Source: an uncultured Desulfosarcina sp. (GTDB taxonomy: Bacteria > Desulfobacterota > Desulfobacteria > Desulfobacterales > Desulfosarcinaceae). Taken from it: 64,000 bases of DNA. Below are positions 53,742 through 63,561 of the stretch, piece by piece. Location: assembly GCA_963674945.2 (NCBI GenBank), contig CAXXWQ010000002.1, positions 224,001 through 288,000 of the forward strand, in the 5' to 3' direction. Position 1 is the stretch's first letter, and each line of letters begins with the position of its first letter. The notes beneath the pieces were generated by a model. That model saw only the letters and a list, made by a program, of their open reading frames with translations, did not search any database and was not told the DNA's origin. The translations under genes and the position numbers were made by a program.

Positions 53742-54152
53742 ATGTTTAAAGCGTTGGGTATGTTGACGGCATTGGCGGCAGCAATGATGTTTTCAACAAC
53801 GGCTTTTGCCACGGACCCCTTGACCGAAACCGTTAAAAATGGATGCAAAGCAGAACTGGAAAGCTACTGCAAGGGGGTTACCCCCGGCGAGGGACGGGTG
53901 CTGGCCTGCCTTTACGCTCACGGGGATAAATTGAGCGCAAAATGCGAATTTGCCCTGTTTGACGCCGCGGTCCTGCTTGACCGGGCGGTCTCCGCCCTGG
54001 CTTATGCGGCCTACGAATGTGAAGACGACCTGGAGAAGTATTGCGCCGACGTGCCCGTGGGTGAAGGGCGTTTGCTGGACTGCATCACAAAAAACAAGAA
54101 AAAGGTCAGCAAACGCTGCCTGGATGCGCTGACCGAGACGGGATTGAAGTAA
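53742..54152 (+). CDS. Exported cysteine-rich-repeat protein
   Basis: Two repeats of C..E/DL..YC..V..GEGR.L.C.......S..C. Confidence 0.85.
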   Translation: MFKALGMLTALAAAMMFSTTAFATDPLTETVKNGCKAELESYCKGVTPGEGRVLACLYAHGDKLSAKCEFALFDAAVLLDRAVSALAYAAYECEDDLEKYCADVPVGEGRLLDCITKNKKKVSKRCLDALTETGLK

Positions 54153-54222
54153 AGTCCCGGGTCTATCGGGCCCAGCCTTGGGTTTCCCTGGAAGGGGCGA
54201 TGCACTGCGTTCACGGAATGCC

Positions 54223-54345
54223 ACAGGAGTCAGAAGCCAGTATTCAGGAGACAGAATGAATCCGATGTCGCTTCGCTCCATCGATCGGATAATATGGATC
54301 GAGCCGAAGGCGAATCCTGCTTCTGGATTCTGACTCCTGGATTCT
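54223..54345. repeat. Element family B, copy 2
   Basis: Collinear with 29464-29587. Confidence 0.8.
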
Positions 54346-54439
54346 TGTAGTATTCATACAGCAAAGCCAATGAACGCTGATCTGGCCCAGGGGATCAGGT
54401 TTTCCACACCTTACCTGCTTTATAAAAAGGTTTGCCATC

Positions 54440-54664
54440 ATGCTCACCCGCTTTGGTTTCATCTGCAACGTGCACTGGCACAGTGACGTGGTCCAAGGGC
54501 GTTTCATGGGCGCTGCCGTTGTCGCACGACTGCACGCCGATCCCCAGTTTTGCGCGGATTTACAGGCGGCCAGGGCCGACTATGCCAAGGTTCTCGAAAA
54601 AGGCCTTTCGCCCACAAGGGATTGCCGGGCGGAGGCCCAGGCACTGGAGCACCGGGATCCTTGA
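54440..54664 (+). pseudogene. C-terminal remnant of a class A acid phosphatase (PAP2)
   Basis: ICNVHWHSDV..GR..GAAVVARLHADP.F..DL.AA, the C3 motif of PhoN-type phosphatases; N-terminal motifs absent. Confidence 0.7.
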
Positions 54665-54756
54665 AATTGTTTTATTTTCTGTCTGCATCTCGACGTCGTC
54701 AAACGCAGGACTTCTTTGTGGGCCGGAATTTTGTTGGATCTCAAAAGGATTAGAAC

Positions 54757-55842
54757 ATGATGCGAATTTACCTACTGTTTTCCTTGCTTCTCTGTTTTTT
54801 ATTGAGTTTTCCCACAAGCGCCAGGGCGGAAGAAGAAACGGCCAAGATTGATCGAGGAAAAAACTTCGCCTTTGCTCCCATCGTTATCTCCAATCCCAAT
54901 ATCGGCAGCGGCCTGGGAGCGGCGGGAATGTATTTCTTCGACATCGGCGATTGGCGCGAGGAGGATCCCCGGTCCAGCGTTCAGGCGATAGGGGCGTACA
55001 CCAACACCGACTCCTATTTTTATGGACTGCTGAGCAGCCTGTACCTTAATAATGACAGTATTCGTGGCAATTTCGGCATTTTCCAGGCGACCGTCAACAA
55101 CGAATACGATATTCCCTGGGGCGGTGAGGCCAAATTTTCCACGGGAGCCCTGGCCGTGTTGGGTCTGCTCACTTATCAGGTATGGGATAATGTTTTTATC
55201 GGCGGGCAAGCGTTGGTGATCGACGTCAACTATGATCCCGACACCCCCGCCGATGGTGATTACCTGGAATTGGTGGGAGCGGAGGATTCCACAACGACGG
55301 GTGTCGGGCCGGTGATCAGTTACGACACGCGGGACAATGTCAACTACCCCTCCGCCGGAACCCTGGTCGAACTCAAAGGGTACTATAAACCCGAGGCCTG
55401 GGGCAATGAAGCGAATTATGCCGTGGGCGATCTGGCCGCGAACCACTTTATCGGCCTCACCGAGACGCACATCCTGGCCCTGCGCGCCTATGGCCGCACC
55501 GGTACGGAAGACACGCCCTACTCGGACAAATCCCGCCTGGGGCAACAGAGCGATTTGAGAGGATTCAAATCCGGCGAGGTTTCCGGCCGCACGCTGCTAT
55601 CCGGCCAGGTGGAAATCAGGTGGCAATTTACCGAGAAAATCGGTTTCGTGGCCTTTGCCGGCCTGGCCAAACTGTGGGATGACGAATTGGAGGACCTGAT
55701 CACCGAGGACCTTTACTACAGCGGCGGCGTTGGCTTTCGGTATATGCTCAACCCCGATCAGAAGATCAACTTCCGCATCGATGCGGCCGTGGGCAATGAC
55801 GATAACGAGGGGATATATGTCGGTATTCAGGAGGCATTTTAG
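54757..55842 (+). CDS. Omp85/BamA-TamA-like beta-barrel without POTRA domains
   Basis: Signal peptide; YDTRDN..YP, LRGF, GVGFRY, RIDAAVG, C-terminal EAF. Confidence 0.85.
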   Translation: MMRIYLLFSLLLCFLLSFPTSARAEEETAKIDRGKNFAFAPIVISNPNIGSGLGAAGMYFFDIGDWREEDPRSSVQAIGAYTNTDSYFYGLLSSLYLNNDSIRGNFGIFQATVNNEYDIPWGGEAKFSTGALAVLGLLTYQVWDNVFIGGQALVIDVNYDPDTPADGDYLELVGAEDSTTTGVGPVISYDTRDNVNYPSAGTLVELKGYYKPEAWGNEANYAVGDLAANHFIGLTETHILALRAYGRTGTEDTPYSDKSRLGQQSDLRGFKSGEVSGRTLLSGQVEIRWQFTEKIGFVAFAGLAKLWDDELEDLITEDLYYSGGVGFRYMLNPDQKINFRIDAAVGNDDNEGIYVGIQEAF

Positions 55843-55984
55843 ATCGTTTTTGAAAACCCTGTCTAAGCTCCGCTACCGGCGTTGGAAACTATCTCAAAAT
55901 GCTCACATATTACATATATGCTCCGCTTTTGAGCTATTTTCCGCCTTGTTATCGGACCTGATCCAGAGCTTTCAAAAACGATCT
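55841..55984. repeat. MITE-like element D
   Basis: Perfect 15-bp terminal inverted repeats AGATCGTTTTTGAAA/TTTCAAAAACGATCT. Confidence 0.75.
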
Positions 55985-56021
55985 TCGAAAAGAACAAATG
56001 TGAGTATTTTAGGAGGATAAA

Positions 56022-56804
56022 ATGATTTGCCTTACAAGGAAAACAGTTTCAGCGTGGATGGGATCGATGCTTGTTGTTTTTCTTCTTGCCTTACCGGTCC
56101 ATGCAGAATCCGGCGGCAACGACAAGTGGCAGTTTCACATCGCACCCTATGGTTGGCTGTGCGGACAAAAAGGAGACATCGCGACCCAGCCGGGATTGCC
56201 GGCCTCGGATGTGGATGTCGATTTTTATGATGACATCGCCGGTAACATCAACAGTTCCTTTTCCCTGATTGGCGAGGCCCGCAAGGGTCGATATGGCGTC
56301 GTGGTCGACATCGATTATTCGGATATCGAGGACGATGAAGCAACTCCCGGCCCGCTTTATTCGAGCCTCGCTGTCCAGACAAAATCCTGGATTGTCTCCA
56401 CGGCGGGCATTTATCGGCTGATCCAAAAGGACCGTGCCTTTCTGGATGCCATGGTCGGTTTGCGGTATTGGTCCGTGGATTCCACCTATAAATTGGGTGC
56501 GGGCATATTACAGGGGAGAGAATTGTCCAACACGGAGGATTGGGTGGATCCCGTCATCGGCATCAAGGGACTGATGCCCCTGGGAAATTCAAAGTTTTTC
56601 ATAAATGGGGTGCTGACCATCGGTGGATTCGGCGTCGGTTCGCGCTTCATGTGGGACGCAATGATCAACCTGGGGTACCAATGGACAAAAATGTTCGCCA
56701 CCACCGTCGGATACCGCTACATGGCCGTTGATTACGATGATGACGATTTTTTGTATGATGTTTCGCAAGATGGCTTGATTCTTGGGTTGTCCTGGCGATT
56801 CTAA
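56022..56804 (+). CDS. Outer-membrane beta-barrel protein
   Basis: Signal peptide; WQF.IAPYGW, WVDPVIG, GYRY, C-terminal WRF. Confidence 0.8.
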   Translation: MICLTRKTVSAWMGSMLVVFLLALPVHAESGGNDKWQFHIAPYGWLCGQKGDIATQPGLPASDVDVDFYDDIAGNINSSFSLIGEARKGRYGVVVDIDYSDIEDDEATPGPLYSSLAVQTKSWIVSTAGIYRLIQKDRAFLDAMVGLRYWSVDSTYKLGAGILQGRELSNTEDWVDPVIGIKGLMPLGNSKFFINGVLTIGGFGVGSRFMWDAMINLGYQWTKMFATTVGYRYMAVDYDDDDFLYDVSQDGLILGLSWRF

Positions 56805-56833
56805 CCAATTTATTACCAGAGGAAGGATTAAAA

Positions 56834-57667
56834 ATGAGAAATGCGATAGCGATCATCACTTCTCTTCTTGCTCTTTTGATCATCCTTGCACCTGCAGGAG
56901 TTGCCCTGGCGGAAAACACACGACGTGGTGAGGACGCCGAACTTGCCCAGGAACTGACCAATCCCGTGGCGGAACTGATGACGATTCCGATTCAAATGAC
57001 CTACGATTCCGACATCGGCGTGAACGACGACGGCTGGCGGCTGCAAACCAATCTTCAGCCGGTGATCCCCTTTAATTTGAATGCCGACTGGAACCTGATC
57101 ACGCGAACGATTCTGCCCATCACCCATCAGGACGAGATCGTACCGGGAACCGGCTCCCAGTTCGGCCTGGGCGACCTGAGCCTGAGCCTGTTTTTCTCTC
57201 CCGACGACCCCTCGCCCGGCGGTTTCATCTGGGGCATCGGTCCCATATTGATGCTGCCCACGGCCACCGATGACCTTCTCGGAACGGAAAAATGGTCCGC
57301 AGGGCCTGCGCTGGTGGCCCTGACCATACGCGGACCCTGGACAATCGGGATGCTTGCCAACCACAACTGGTCCTATGCCGGCAACAGCGATCGCCAGGAC
57401 ATCAACGTTACCTTCTTGCAGCCCTTCGTGGCGTTTACCACACCCGGCGCCTATACGATTGCATTCCAGCTGGAAAGCACCTATGACTGGGAGTCCGAGA
57501 ACTGGTCCGTGCCGATCACCGGCTCTATTGCAAAGATCGTTCGCCTGGGGAAAATGCCGGTGAGCCTGCAGGCCGGCGTAGGGTATTGGGCCGATTCGCC
57601 GGAAACCGGCCCCGAAGGCTTTCGCTTTCGGCTCCAGGCCAATTTCGTGCTGCCCAAATTCTTTTAA
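56834..57667 (+). CDS. Outer-membrane channel (MetA-pathway/'neuromedin U'-like)
   Basis: LAQELTNPVA, QPVIPF, GLGD, WGIGP...PTAT...GTEKW..GP. Confidence 0.8.
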   Translation: MRNAIAIITSLLALLIILAPAGVALAENTRRGEDAELAQELTNPVAELMTIPIQMTYDSDIGVNDDGWRLQTNLQPVIPFNLNADWNLITRTILPITHQDEIVPGTGSQFGLGDLSLSLFFSPDDPSPGGFIWGIGPILMLPTATDDLLGTEKWSAGPALVALTIRGPWTIGMLANHNWSYAGNSDRQDINVTFLQPFVAFTTPGAYTIAFQLESTYDWESENWSVPITGSIAKIVRLGKMPVSLQAGVGYWADSPETGPEGFRFRLQANFVLPKFF

Positions 57668-57698
57668 TCGTATCTGAATGTAAGGACGGAAGTGTCTG

Positions 57699-59042
57699 AT
57701 GATGGGTGAGAACTTGACGATAAACAAACAACTGAATACTGTTTTTGGGGTGCTGCTGATTTCCTTTCTCATGCTCATCGGCCACGATGTGCGTTGTGAG
57801 GAGAAGACACCCGAACGACAAAATGTCCATGCACCCGAAAAGTGGGGCATCGCCATGGGGATCCGTTCGGCATCGATTCCGTTCGATGCCGACAAAAGTG
57901 CGGTAAACGACGTCGTGCCCTTGATTTTTTACAAGAACGGCAGGCTGTTTGTCGATGGCCTCGAATTCGGGTACAGGCTTTTCCAAACCGAAAAATGGCA
58001 ACTGAGTCCCTTTGCCAGATATCGGTTTTTCGATATTCCCAAGGAGTATCAGAACGAGATCCGTGAATCCGGGTTGGATCTGGGGGGGCAGTTCAGATAT
58101 CATTTTACGGACTGGTTCCATACGGACCTCGAGGTGCTGAGCGATCAAAGCGGGCGATTCTACGCAAATCTGACACCCGGTTTTGAAGTAGAAAGAGAAA
58201 ACTGGGAGTTCAGGCCCCATGTGCGGTTTCGTTGGAAAAGCGCCGATTTCAACGACCGCTATTATGGCCTGGAAAGAGAAGAACCGGGAAGCGCAATGGA
58301 CGTCCAGATCGCCGTGGACATCCGCTTTCACGTGTGGCGAAACCTGTACCTTTTAGGAAGGGGCAGTATTCTCTTTCTGGATAGCGATACCCGAGACGTC
58401 TCTTTTGTCGATGATTCCACACAAGCCGAGGGGTTTGTGGGATTCGGATTTTTCGATGACAAAGAAAATCCCGTAACCACGCTGGCATCCAAACCCTATG
58501 TTCGTCTGGCCCATGGGTGGGGAACCGAATCCAATCTGGGCGAAATCATGAGCGGGAATACAGAGAGCGACCCCTACAACAATCAGCTCTCCTCTGTCTT
58601 TTTCGGCGTTCCCCTGGCCGATGAACTGTTTAGCCTGCCCATCGCCACCTATCTGACGCCCGGCATTGTCCATCACCATTCATCGGATGTGCAGGACCGG
58701 TCCACCGAATACGTTCTGGCGGTCAAACTCTACTACACGATCAAATGGCCCACGCCGTGGCGGTTGGGTTTTGCCGAAGGCTTGTCATATGTTGACAGGA
58801 TCCCCTACCTGGAAGAAAAAGACATGGTGGAAAAGGGATACAGGCCCAGCCAGCTTCTGAATTTCCTGGACTTCTCCCTAGACTTGAGCCTGGGACACCT
58901 TTTTCGCGTAGACTGGATGGAAGAGTTGTGGCTGGGATACAGCATCCACCATCGCTCCGGGATCTATTCGAAATCTTCTGCCTTCGGACGAATCTCCGGT
59001 GGCAGCAACTACAATACGGTATATCTACAGTATCATTGGTAA
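57699..59042 (+). CDS. MipA/OmpV-family outer-membrane protein, extended form
   Basis: VPLIFY, SADFNDRYYG; C-terminal IHHRSGI..GGSNYN. Confidence 0.78.
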   Translation: MMGENLTINKQLNTVFGVLLISFLMLIGHDVRCEEKTPERQNVHAPEKWGIAMGIRSASIPFDADKSAVNDVVPLIFYKNGRLFVDGLEFGYRLFQTEKWQLSPFARYRFFDIPKEYQNEIRESGLDLGGQFRYHFTDWFHTDLEVLSDQSGRFYANLTPGFEVERENWEFRPHVRFRWKSADFNDRYYGLEREEPGSAMDVQIAVDIRFHVWRNLYLLGRGSILFLDSDTRDVSFVDDSTQAEGFVGFGFFDDKENPVTTLASKPYVRLAHGWGTESNLGEIMSGNTESDPYNNQLSSVFFGVPLADELFSLPIATYLTPGIVHHHSSDVQDRSTEYVLAVKLYYTIKWPTPWRLGFAEGLSYVDRIPYLEEKDMVEKGYRPSQLLNFLDFSLDLSLGHLFRVDWMEELWLGYSIHHRSGIYSKSSAFGRISGGSNYNTVYLQYHW

Positions 59043-59076
59043 TTCGACTATAAACCCAACCAGTAGGGGCTTTGCG

Positions 59077-60156
59077 ATGAAAACATCGGTTGTATTCACG
59101 GAGAGACGTCGCCATCGGTATCTGGCGAACCGGATCATTTGGCTCCTGACATTGAGTATTCTGGTCGTCGCGCTAAACGGTTGTGCGACAATGAAAGAAA
59201 AGTTCACGTCGAGCACCAAGGCGAATATCGGTCTGTTCACCGATAACACCATTGCCATGCTAAGCGATTTGCAGTTGGATATTTCCCGAAATGAAACCAT
59301 AATCACCCGGCGCTTTTTAGACCCGTCAGAACCGGAAGAGCAGAATATGATGGCCCTTGCGGATCAGACACGAAAGGGAATCGGCAGGATTGCAAAATAT
59401 TCGATCACACTCGTCTCATTGGCCGAATCCTCCGGAAGCGAACAGGAGAAGGTGGATTCCTATGCAGACTTTATCGCCTCTTTCAAATCCAGTGTGGTGG
59501 AACGGCTGGATTTGGAGCCGCAGCACTATGATGACCTGATTGAAGAGATCCGTGAGCAGACCGACTTTCTGTCAGCCCTGCAGACAGCCCAACCGATCAT
59601 CAACGGGGCAGTGATGGCGGGCATCATGCGCCTCGGCGAACTCAGCAGGGCGATTGGGGTTTTGGCGGAGAAGATCGATGGTAAGATCGAGGCCGAATAC
59701 GTTGATATCATTCGCTACCAGCAGAAGCTGGAAGACGAGAAGTTTCTTATTCTAGGTGCCTTCGAAACCATCTACGATGCCTATCGCACCGATGATCCAA
59801 ATCTGAGCAAATTATCGGAAAACGGTGTGATCTGGGTGCCGGAGATCGTTCCCAAGGGCCGGGCGACACGAAAAGAGCTGCAGGCCATCGCCGTTCATTT
59901 ACAAAACCGTATGGACGCCATGCACAAAGTCCAGCAGGAGATTCAGCCGGATTGGGAAGAGTACCGAAGTGCACTGCGGGAGGTGGATCGTGTGACGACT
60001 GCCGCCGTGGAGCGGATCAACCAAATCCGACTGATTTTACTCGTATGGGTCCGTGCCCACCAGAAGATGGCATCCGGTATCGTCGAACCGGCCGAGTGGT
60101 TCGATGTCAACGATACCCCACGCCAGCTGATCAACCTTGGGATGAAAGCATTGTAA
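59077..60156 (+). CDS. Hypothetical helical lipoprotein
   Basis: Lipobox LNGC after a hydrophobic stretch. Confidence 0.7.
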   Translation: MKTSVVFTERRRHRYLANRIIWLLTLSILVVALNGCATMKEKFTSSTKANIGLFTDNTIAMLSDLQLDISRNETIITRRFLDPSEPEEQNMMALADQTRKGIGRIAKYSITLVSLAESSGSEQEKVDSYADFIASFKSSVVERLDLEPQHYDDLIEEIREQTDFLSALQTAQPIINGAVMAGIMRLGELSRAIGVLAEKIDGKIEAEYVDIIRYQQKLEDEKFLILGAFETIYDAYRTDDPNLSKLSENGVIWVPEIVPKGRATRKELQAIAVHLQNRMDAMHKVQQEIQPDWEEYRSALREVDRVTTAAVERINQIRLILLVWVRAHQKMASGIVEPAEWFDVNDTPRQLINLGMKAL

Positions 60157-60170
60157 AAGGATTTATCGAC

Positions 60171-61205
60171 ATGTACAACAATGACTCCCACTCAAAATCA
60201 AAACACTATCTGCGAACAGCCCTTGAGATGATCGGCAAACATGGACTTTCTCCGGAACCGATGATTTACCATGTCTGGTATGAATATGCCGCAGGACAAA
60301 ATGAAACGCTCAATGCAGCCATTGATCGATACCTTCAAGAAAATAAACGCCTGTCCGAAAATATTCTTCACCAGATCTATAATCAGCACATTGCAGACGG
60401 TGAGCAAAAAATCACATCGTTGGTCAAAAAACAGCTGAAAACGGTACTCACTGAAATTATCGAGACAATCACATCCGCCGACAATCATTTCACCGGGTCG
60501 AGTGAAAACCTGACCGCCATTCAGAAATCCATCGACCTTATTTTGTCAGAAACGGATCTGGAAGCGATCATCGGCAATATTAAAAAAGAGATAAGCGGTC
60601 TCAAGTCGACGAATGATGCGTTCAGAGAACAGCTTCAACAGGCAAGTGAAAAAATATCCGAACTAAATGAAAAGCTGGCCCAATATCACGAGCAAGCCCA
60701 TAAAGATGCGTTGACCAGATTGGACAATCGCCGTTCCTTCGAAAAAAAACTGGTCGCGGCAATTGTTGAATCCGACAATGCGGCAGACGCTGTCTGCCTG
60801 ATTCTTGCCGACATCGATCACTTCAAGAAGATCAACGACACACACGGCCATCTGGTCGGCGACAAAGTTCTCAAAATGGTGGCGGCCACCATCAAAGAGT
60901 CGGTCAAGGGACGGGACACGGTTGCCCGGGTCGGTGGCGAAGAGTTTGCCATTCTCTTAACCGGTACACCAATCGAAGGTGCCGTGAAAGTGGCCAATGA
61001 TATTCGATCTGCATTCGAGCGTCTGGATTTGAAAAAGCGAAACACCGGCGAAAGGATAGGCCAAATTACGCTCTCTTTCGGAGTTGCCCGCTATCATTCC
61101 GGTGAAGATGTGAAAGACTTCATAAACAGGGCGGATGTGGCATTGTATCAGTCGAAAGAAAATGGCCGAAATCGGGTAACCGTCCAACCCATGAATCAAA
61201 ATTGA
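60171..61205 (+). CDS. Cytoplasmic diguanylate cyclase (GGDEF)
   Basis: P..Y.VWYEY N-terminal domain, coiled coil, DALT.L.NRR, DIDHFK.IND, RVGGEEF. Confidence 0.93.
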   Translation: MYNNDSHSKSKHYLRTALEMIGKHGLSPEPMIYHVWYEYAAGQNETLNAAIDRYLQENKRLSENILHQIYNQHIADGEQKITSLVKKQLKTVLTEIIETITSADNHFTGSSENLTAIQKSIDLILSETDLEAIIGNIKKEISGLKSTNDAFREQLQQASEKISELNEKLAQYHEQAHKDALTRLDNRRSFEKKLVAAIVESDNAADAVCLILADIDHFKKINDTHGHLVGDKVLKMVAATIKESVKGRDTVARVGGEEFAILLTGTPIEGAVKVANDIRSAFERLDLKKRNTGERIGQITLSFGVARYHSGEDVKDFINRADVALYQSKENGRNRVTVQPMNQN

Positions 61206-61296
61206 CGGCTTCGTAAAAAATCCGATATCGGCGTTACGCTTCATCCTTCGTCACTGCGACGTATCCTAAATACGCCTCATGTCATGATTCGCACGA
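61203..61296. repeat. Element family C, copy 2 (partial)
   Basis: tgacggcttcgtaaaaaatccgatatcggcgttacgcttcatccttcgtcactgcg matches 40365-40420. Confidence 0.75.
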
Positions 61297-61986
61297 TTGT
61301 AACAAACTGTTACGATATAGTTACCCAAATTCAATAAAGTCTACTCATATAAGGGGCAAAAAGAATACTATGATAGTCCCGTTTGATCGATCAAACCAGG
61401 AGGAGTTGTATATCGCCGGGCGAAATCCATAGCCGGATGCCGATGTGACGGTGCACTCGGGACAATTTTTTCATGCAGGAGAACGATGATGAGTGGAATC
61501 GCAAATGTGCTCGCCAATTCACCGACATGTGAAGCGTCCAAGACAGTCCTTGATGAAGCCGATGCTTCGAATATTTTTTCCGCTCTCGCCAATCAGCAAA
61601 ACGGAATGGAGGATTTATCCAACACCTATTTGGAAACCGGTATTACGGAATACTCCATATGAAGGCCATCGACATCGATCCCTCCTTTTACGAGGCATAC
61701 GCCGAGACCTATAATTTCGGAGATGAAATTCCGTCCACCGAAATTACACTCTGCCCACATATCCAGATTATGTGACTTACGATGCGGATTCCTATACGGC
61801 AACCATCGGTTTCACGATTCATCAAAACGAAACAGCAGACGGAACCATCGATCCATCCCACATTGTCTTCAAATTCGACGGCGAGGATGCCTACGGGGTG
61901 TCCATGGACGAGGATGCGGACGAATACTCCGGTTTTTCCGGCGTGGCATGAATCAATTTGGCTGCTGCTCGTCTTTTCATTTCACA

Positions 61987-62316
61987 CTAGTGTGTATTGG
62001 CAGGAGGCCGAAGCGGTTCAGGAACCACGGGAGAGGGTCCCCAGATCCGAATATCGACGTGGGTGGCCAGCGAAGTTCCCAACTTCTCAATGAGTTCCGC
62101 CCAGTCTCCGGAATCGGCAAAGCCGGCCCAATCAGACAGCGTTTCCCACACCGTGATCAGCAGGATATGCGGAGAACCAAGCAGATTTCGATGGGCCTTC
62201 AGCTCCACAAACCCCTTGCGTTTCATTACGGGAACAATCGCCTTTCTCTGCCACTCGGAATAGGCCTCCGGATCAGATTGGGGCAACAGGTCATAAGTGA
62301 TGTGAACCTCTATCAC
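61987..62316 (-). CDS. ABM-like (dimeric alpha+beta barrel) small protein
   Basis: Y..W....KGF...HRN....ITVWETL.DW; AAAGGAGG SD before GTG. Confidence 0.65.
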   Translation of the reverse strand: MIEVHITYDLLPQSDPEAYSEWQRKAIVPVMKRKGFVELKAHRNLLGSPHILLITVWETLSDWAGFADSGDWAELIEKLGTSLATHVDIRIWGPSPVVPEPLRPPANTH

Positions 62317-62458
62317 GGCTTCCTCCTTTCCGGTCTCGTTTGAGACGGCCTCAGTCTATGAATGAATTGTGTTACCAAGCCATTACCATAATAATATGAT
62401 ATCCCATGAAATAACAGTCCAATTTGTTCTTAACTGGTCAACTTTCGTGAGGCTGATT

Positions 62459-63379
62459 CTACCCTTTCATGCATTTCCAATCAGGCCGGGTCTTTTTAAT
62501 AAAAACTGTTTTCACCTTATCCATAAAGCTTTCTAATAGAGGCGAGATCCATTTTCCTCGGCACCATATCATCAGGACAGCAGTTTCAATAGCCTCTTTC
62601 TCCCAATTCAGGGAGGTTAGGTTACCTTGAGAAATTTCTGCTTCTGCTGCTATATCAGGCATTATGGTAATTCCGAGGCCCTTTGAAACACATTGTTTGA
62701 TTGCTTCTATGCTGTTCATTTCCACCAAAGACCCTGCTTCTATTTTTTCTTGGATGAGCCATTGCTCAAACATCATCTTATAACTGCAATCATGCTTAGG
62801 TAAAAAGATGGTTTCACCAGATAAGTCTGTAATTGAAACTCTTTTTTTTTGAGCTAGGTTATGATTAGGGGCGCTAAGCACTACCAACGTCACTGTTCCT
62901 AAAAACTCAGTTTTCAGTTCTGAAAAATCAACAGCGTCAGCCAAAAGAAAAGCAATGTCGGTTATTCCGGTTTTAAGTTCGTTTGGAAGGTTTTGATATT
63001 CACAGCTTGCCACGTCAAAGTCTATACTAGGATAGGATTTGTAAAATTCCTGCAGGATGTCGGGAAGAAAATAGGTTCCAAGGGTTTGGGGAATTCTTAA
63101 CGATAATTTCCCTTGGGGTGTTTTTGTCTCAGATACTTTTGCAACGGCTTCTTTCTCTATGGCAACGATTTTCTGTGCATATTGTACAATATCTCTGCCA
63201 GCCTCAGTTAGATCAATGGTTTTGCCCTTCCTTTGAAAAAGGGGTTTCCCCAACTCCTCTTCTAAGATTTTTATCTGGGCAGATACAGTGGATTGGGCAT
63301 AGTTCAATGTCTCAGCAGATTTTCTGAAATTAAGCAACCTCGCCACAGTTAAAAATGTTTTCAGGTTTCGGATCTCCAA
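62459..63379 (-). CDS. LysR-family transcriptional regulator
   Basis: LKTF, SAETLNYAQSTVSAQIK.LEEELG..LF.R, LTEAG; TTG start after AAAGGAG. Confidence 0.95.
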   Translation of the reverse strand: MEIRNLKTFLTVARLLNFRKSAETLNYAQSTVSAQIKILEEELGKPLFQRKGKTIDLTEAGRDIVQYAQKIVAIEKEAVAKVSETKTPQGKLSLRIPQTLGTYFLPDILQEFYKSYPSIDFDVASCEYQNLPNELKTGITDIAFLLADAVDFSELKTEFLGTVTLVVLSAPNHNLAQKKRVSITDLSGETIFLPKHDCSYKMMFEQWLIQEKIEAGSLVEMNSIEAIKQCVSKGLGITIMPDIAAEAEISQGNLTSLNWEKEAIETAVLMIWCRGKWISPLLESFMDKVKTVFIKKTRPDWKCMKG

Positions 63380-63389
63380 GCGATCTCCT

Positions 63390-63410
63390 TTGATCAATAA
63401 TTTCGATCAA
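63390..63410. promoter_or_regulatory. LysR recognition site (T-N11-A)
   Basis: Palindrome TTGATC-N9-GATCAA adjacent to the lysR ribosome-binding site. Confidence 0.7.
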
Positions 63411-63561
63411 ATACTTCAATTTATTTCATTGGACACAAAAATATCGATAATATATATAAACCCGAAATTCAAATAATTTCTGCAGAAATTTTCAATTAAC
63501 AGCCTGTCGATGACTCATAACGGGCTTCATTTACTATGAATAATGAGTAAAGGAGAAAATC

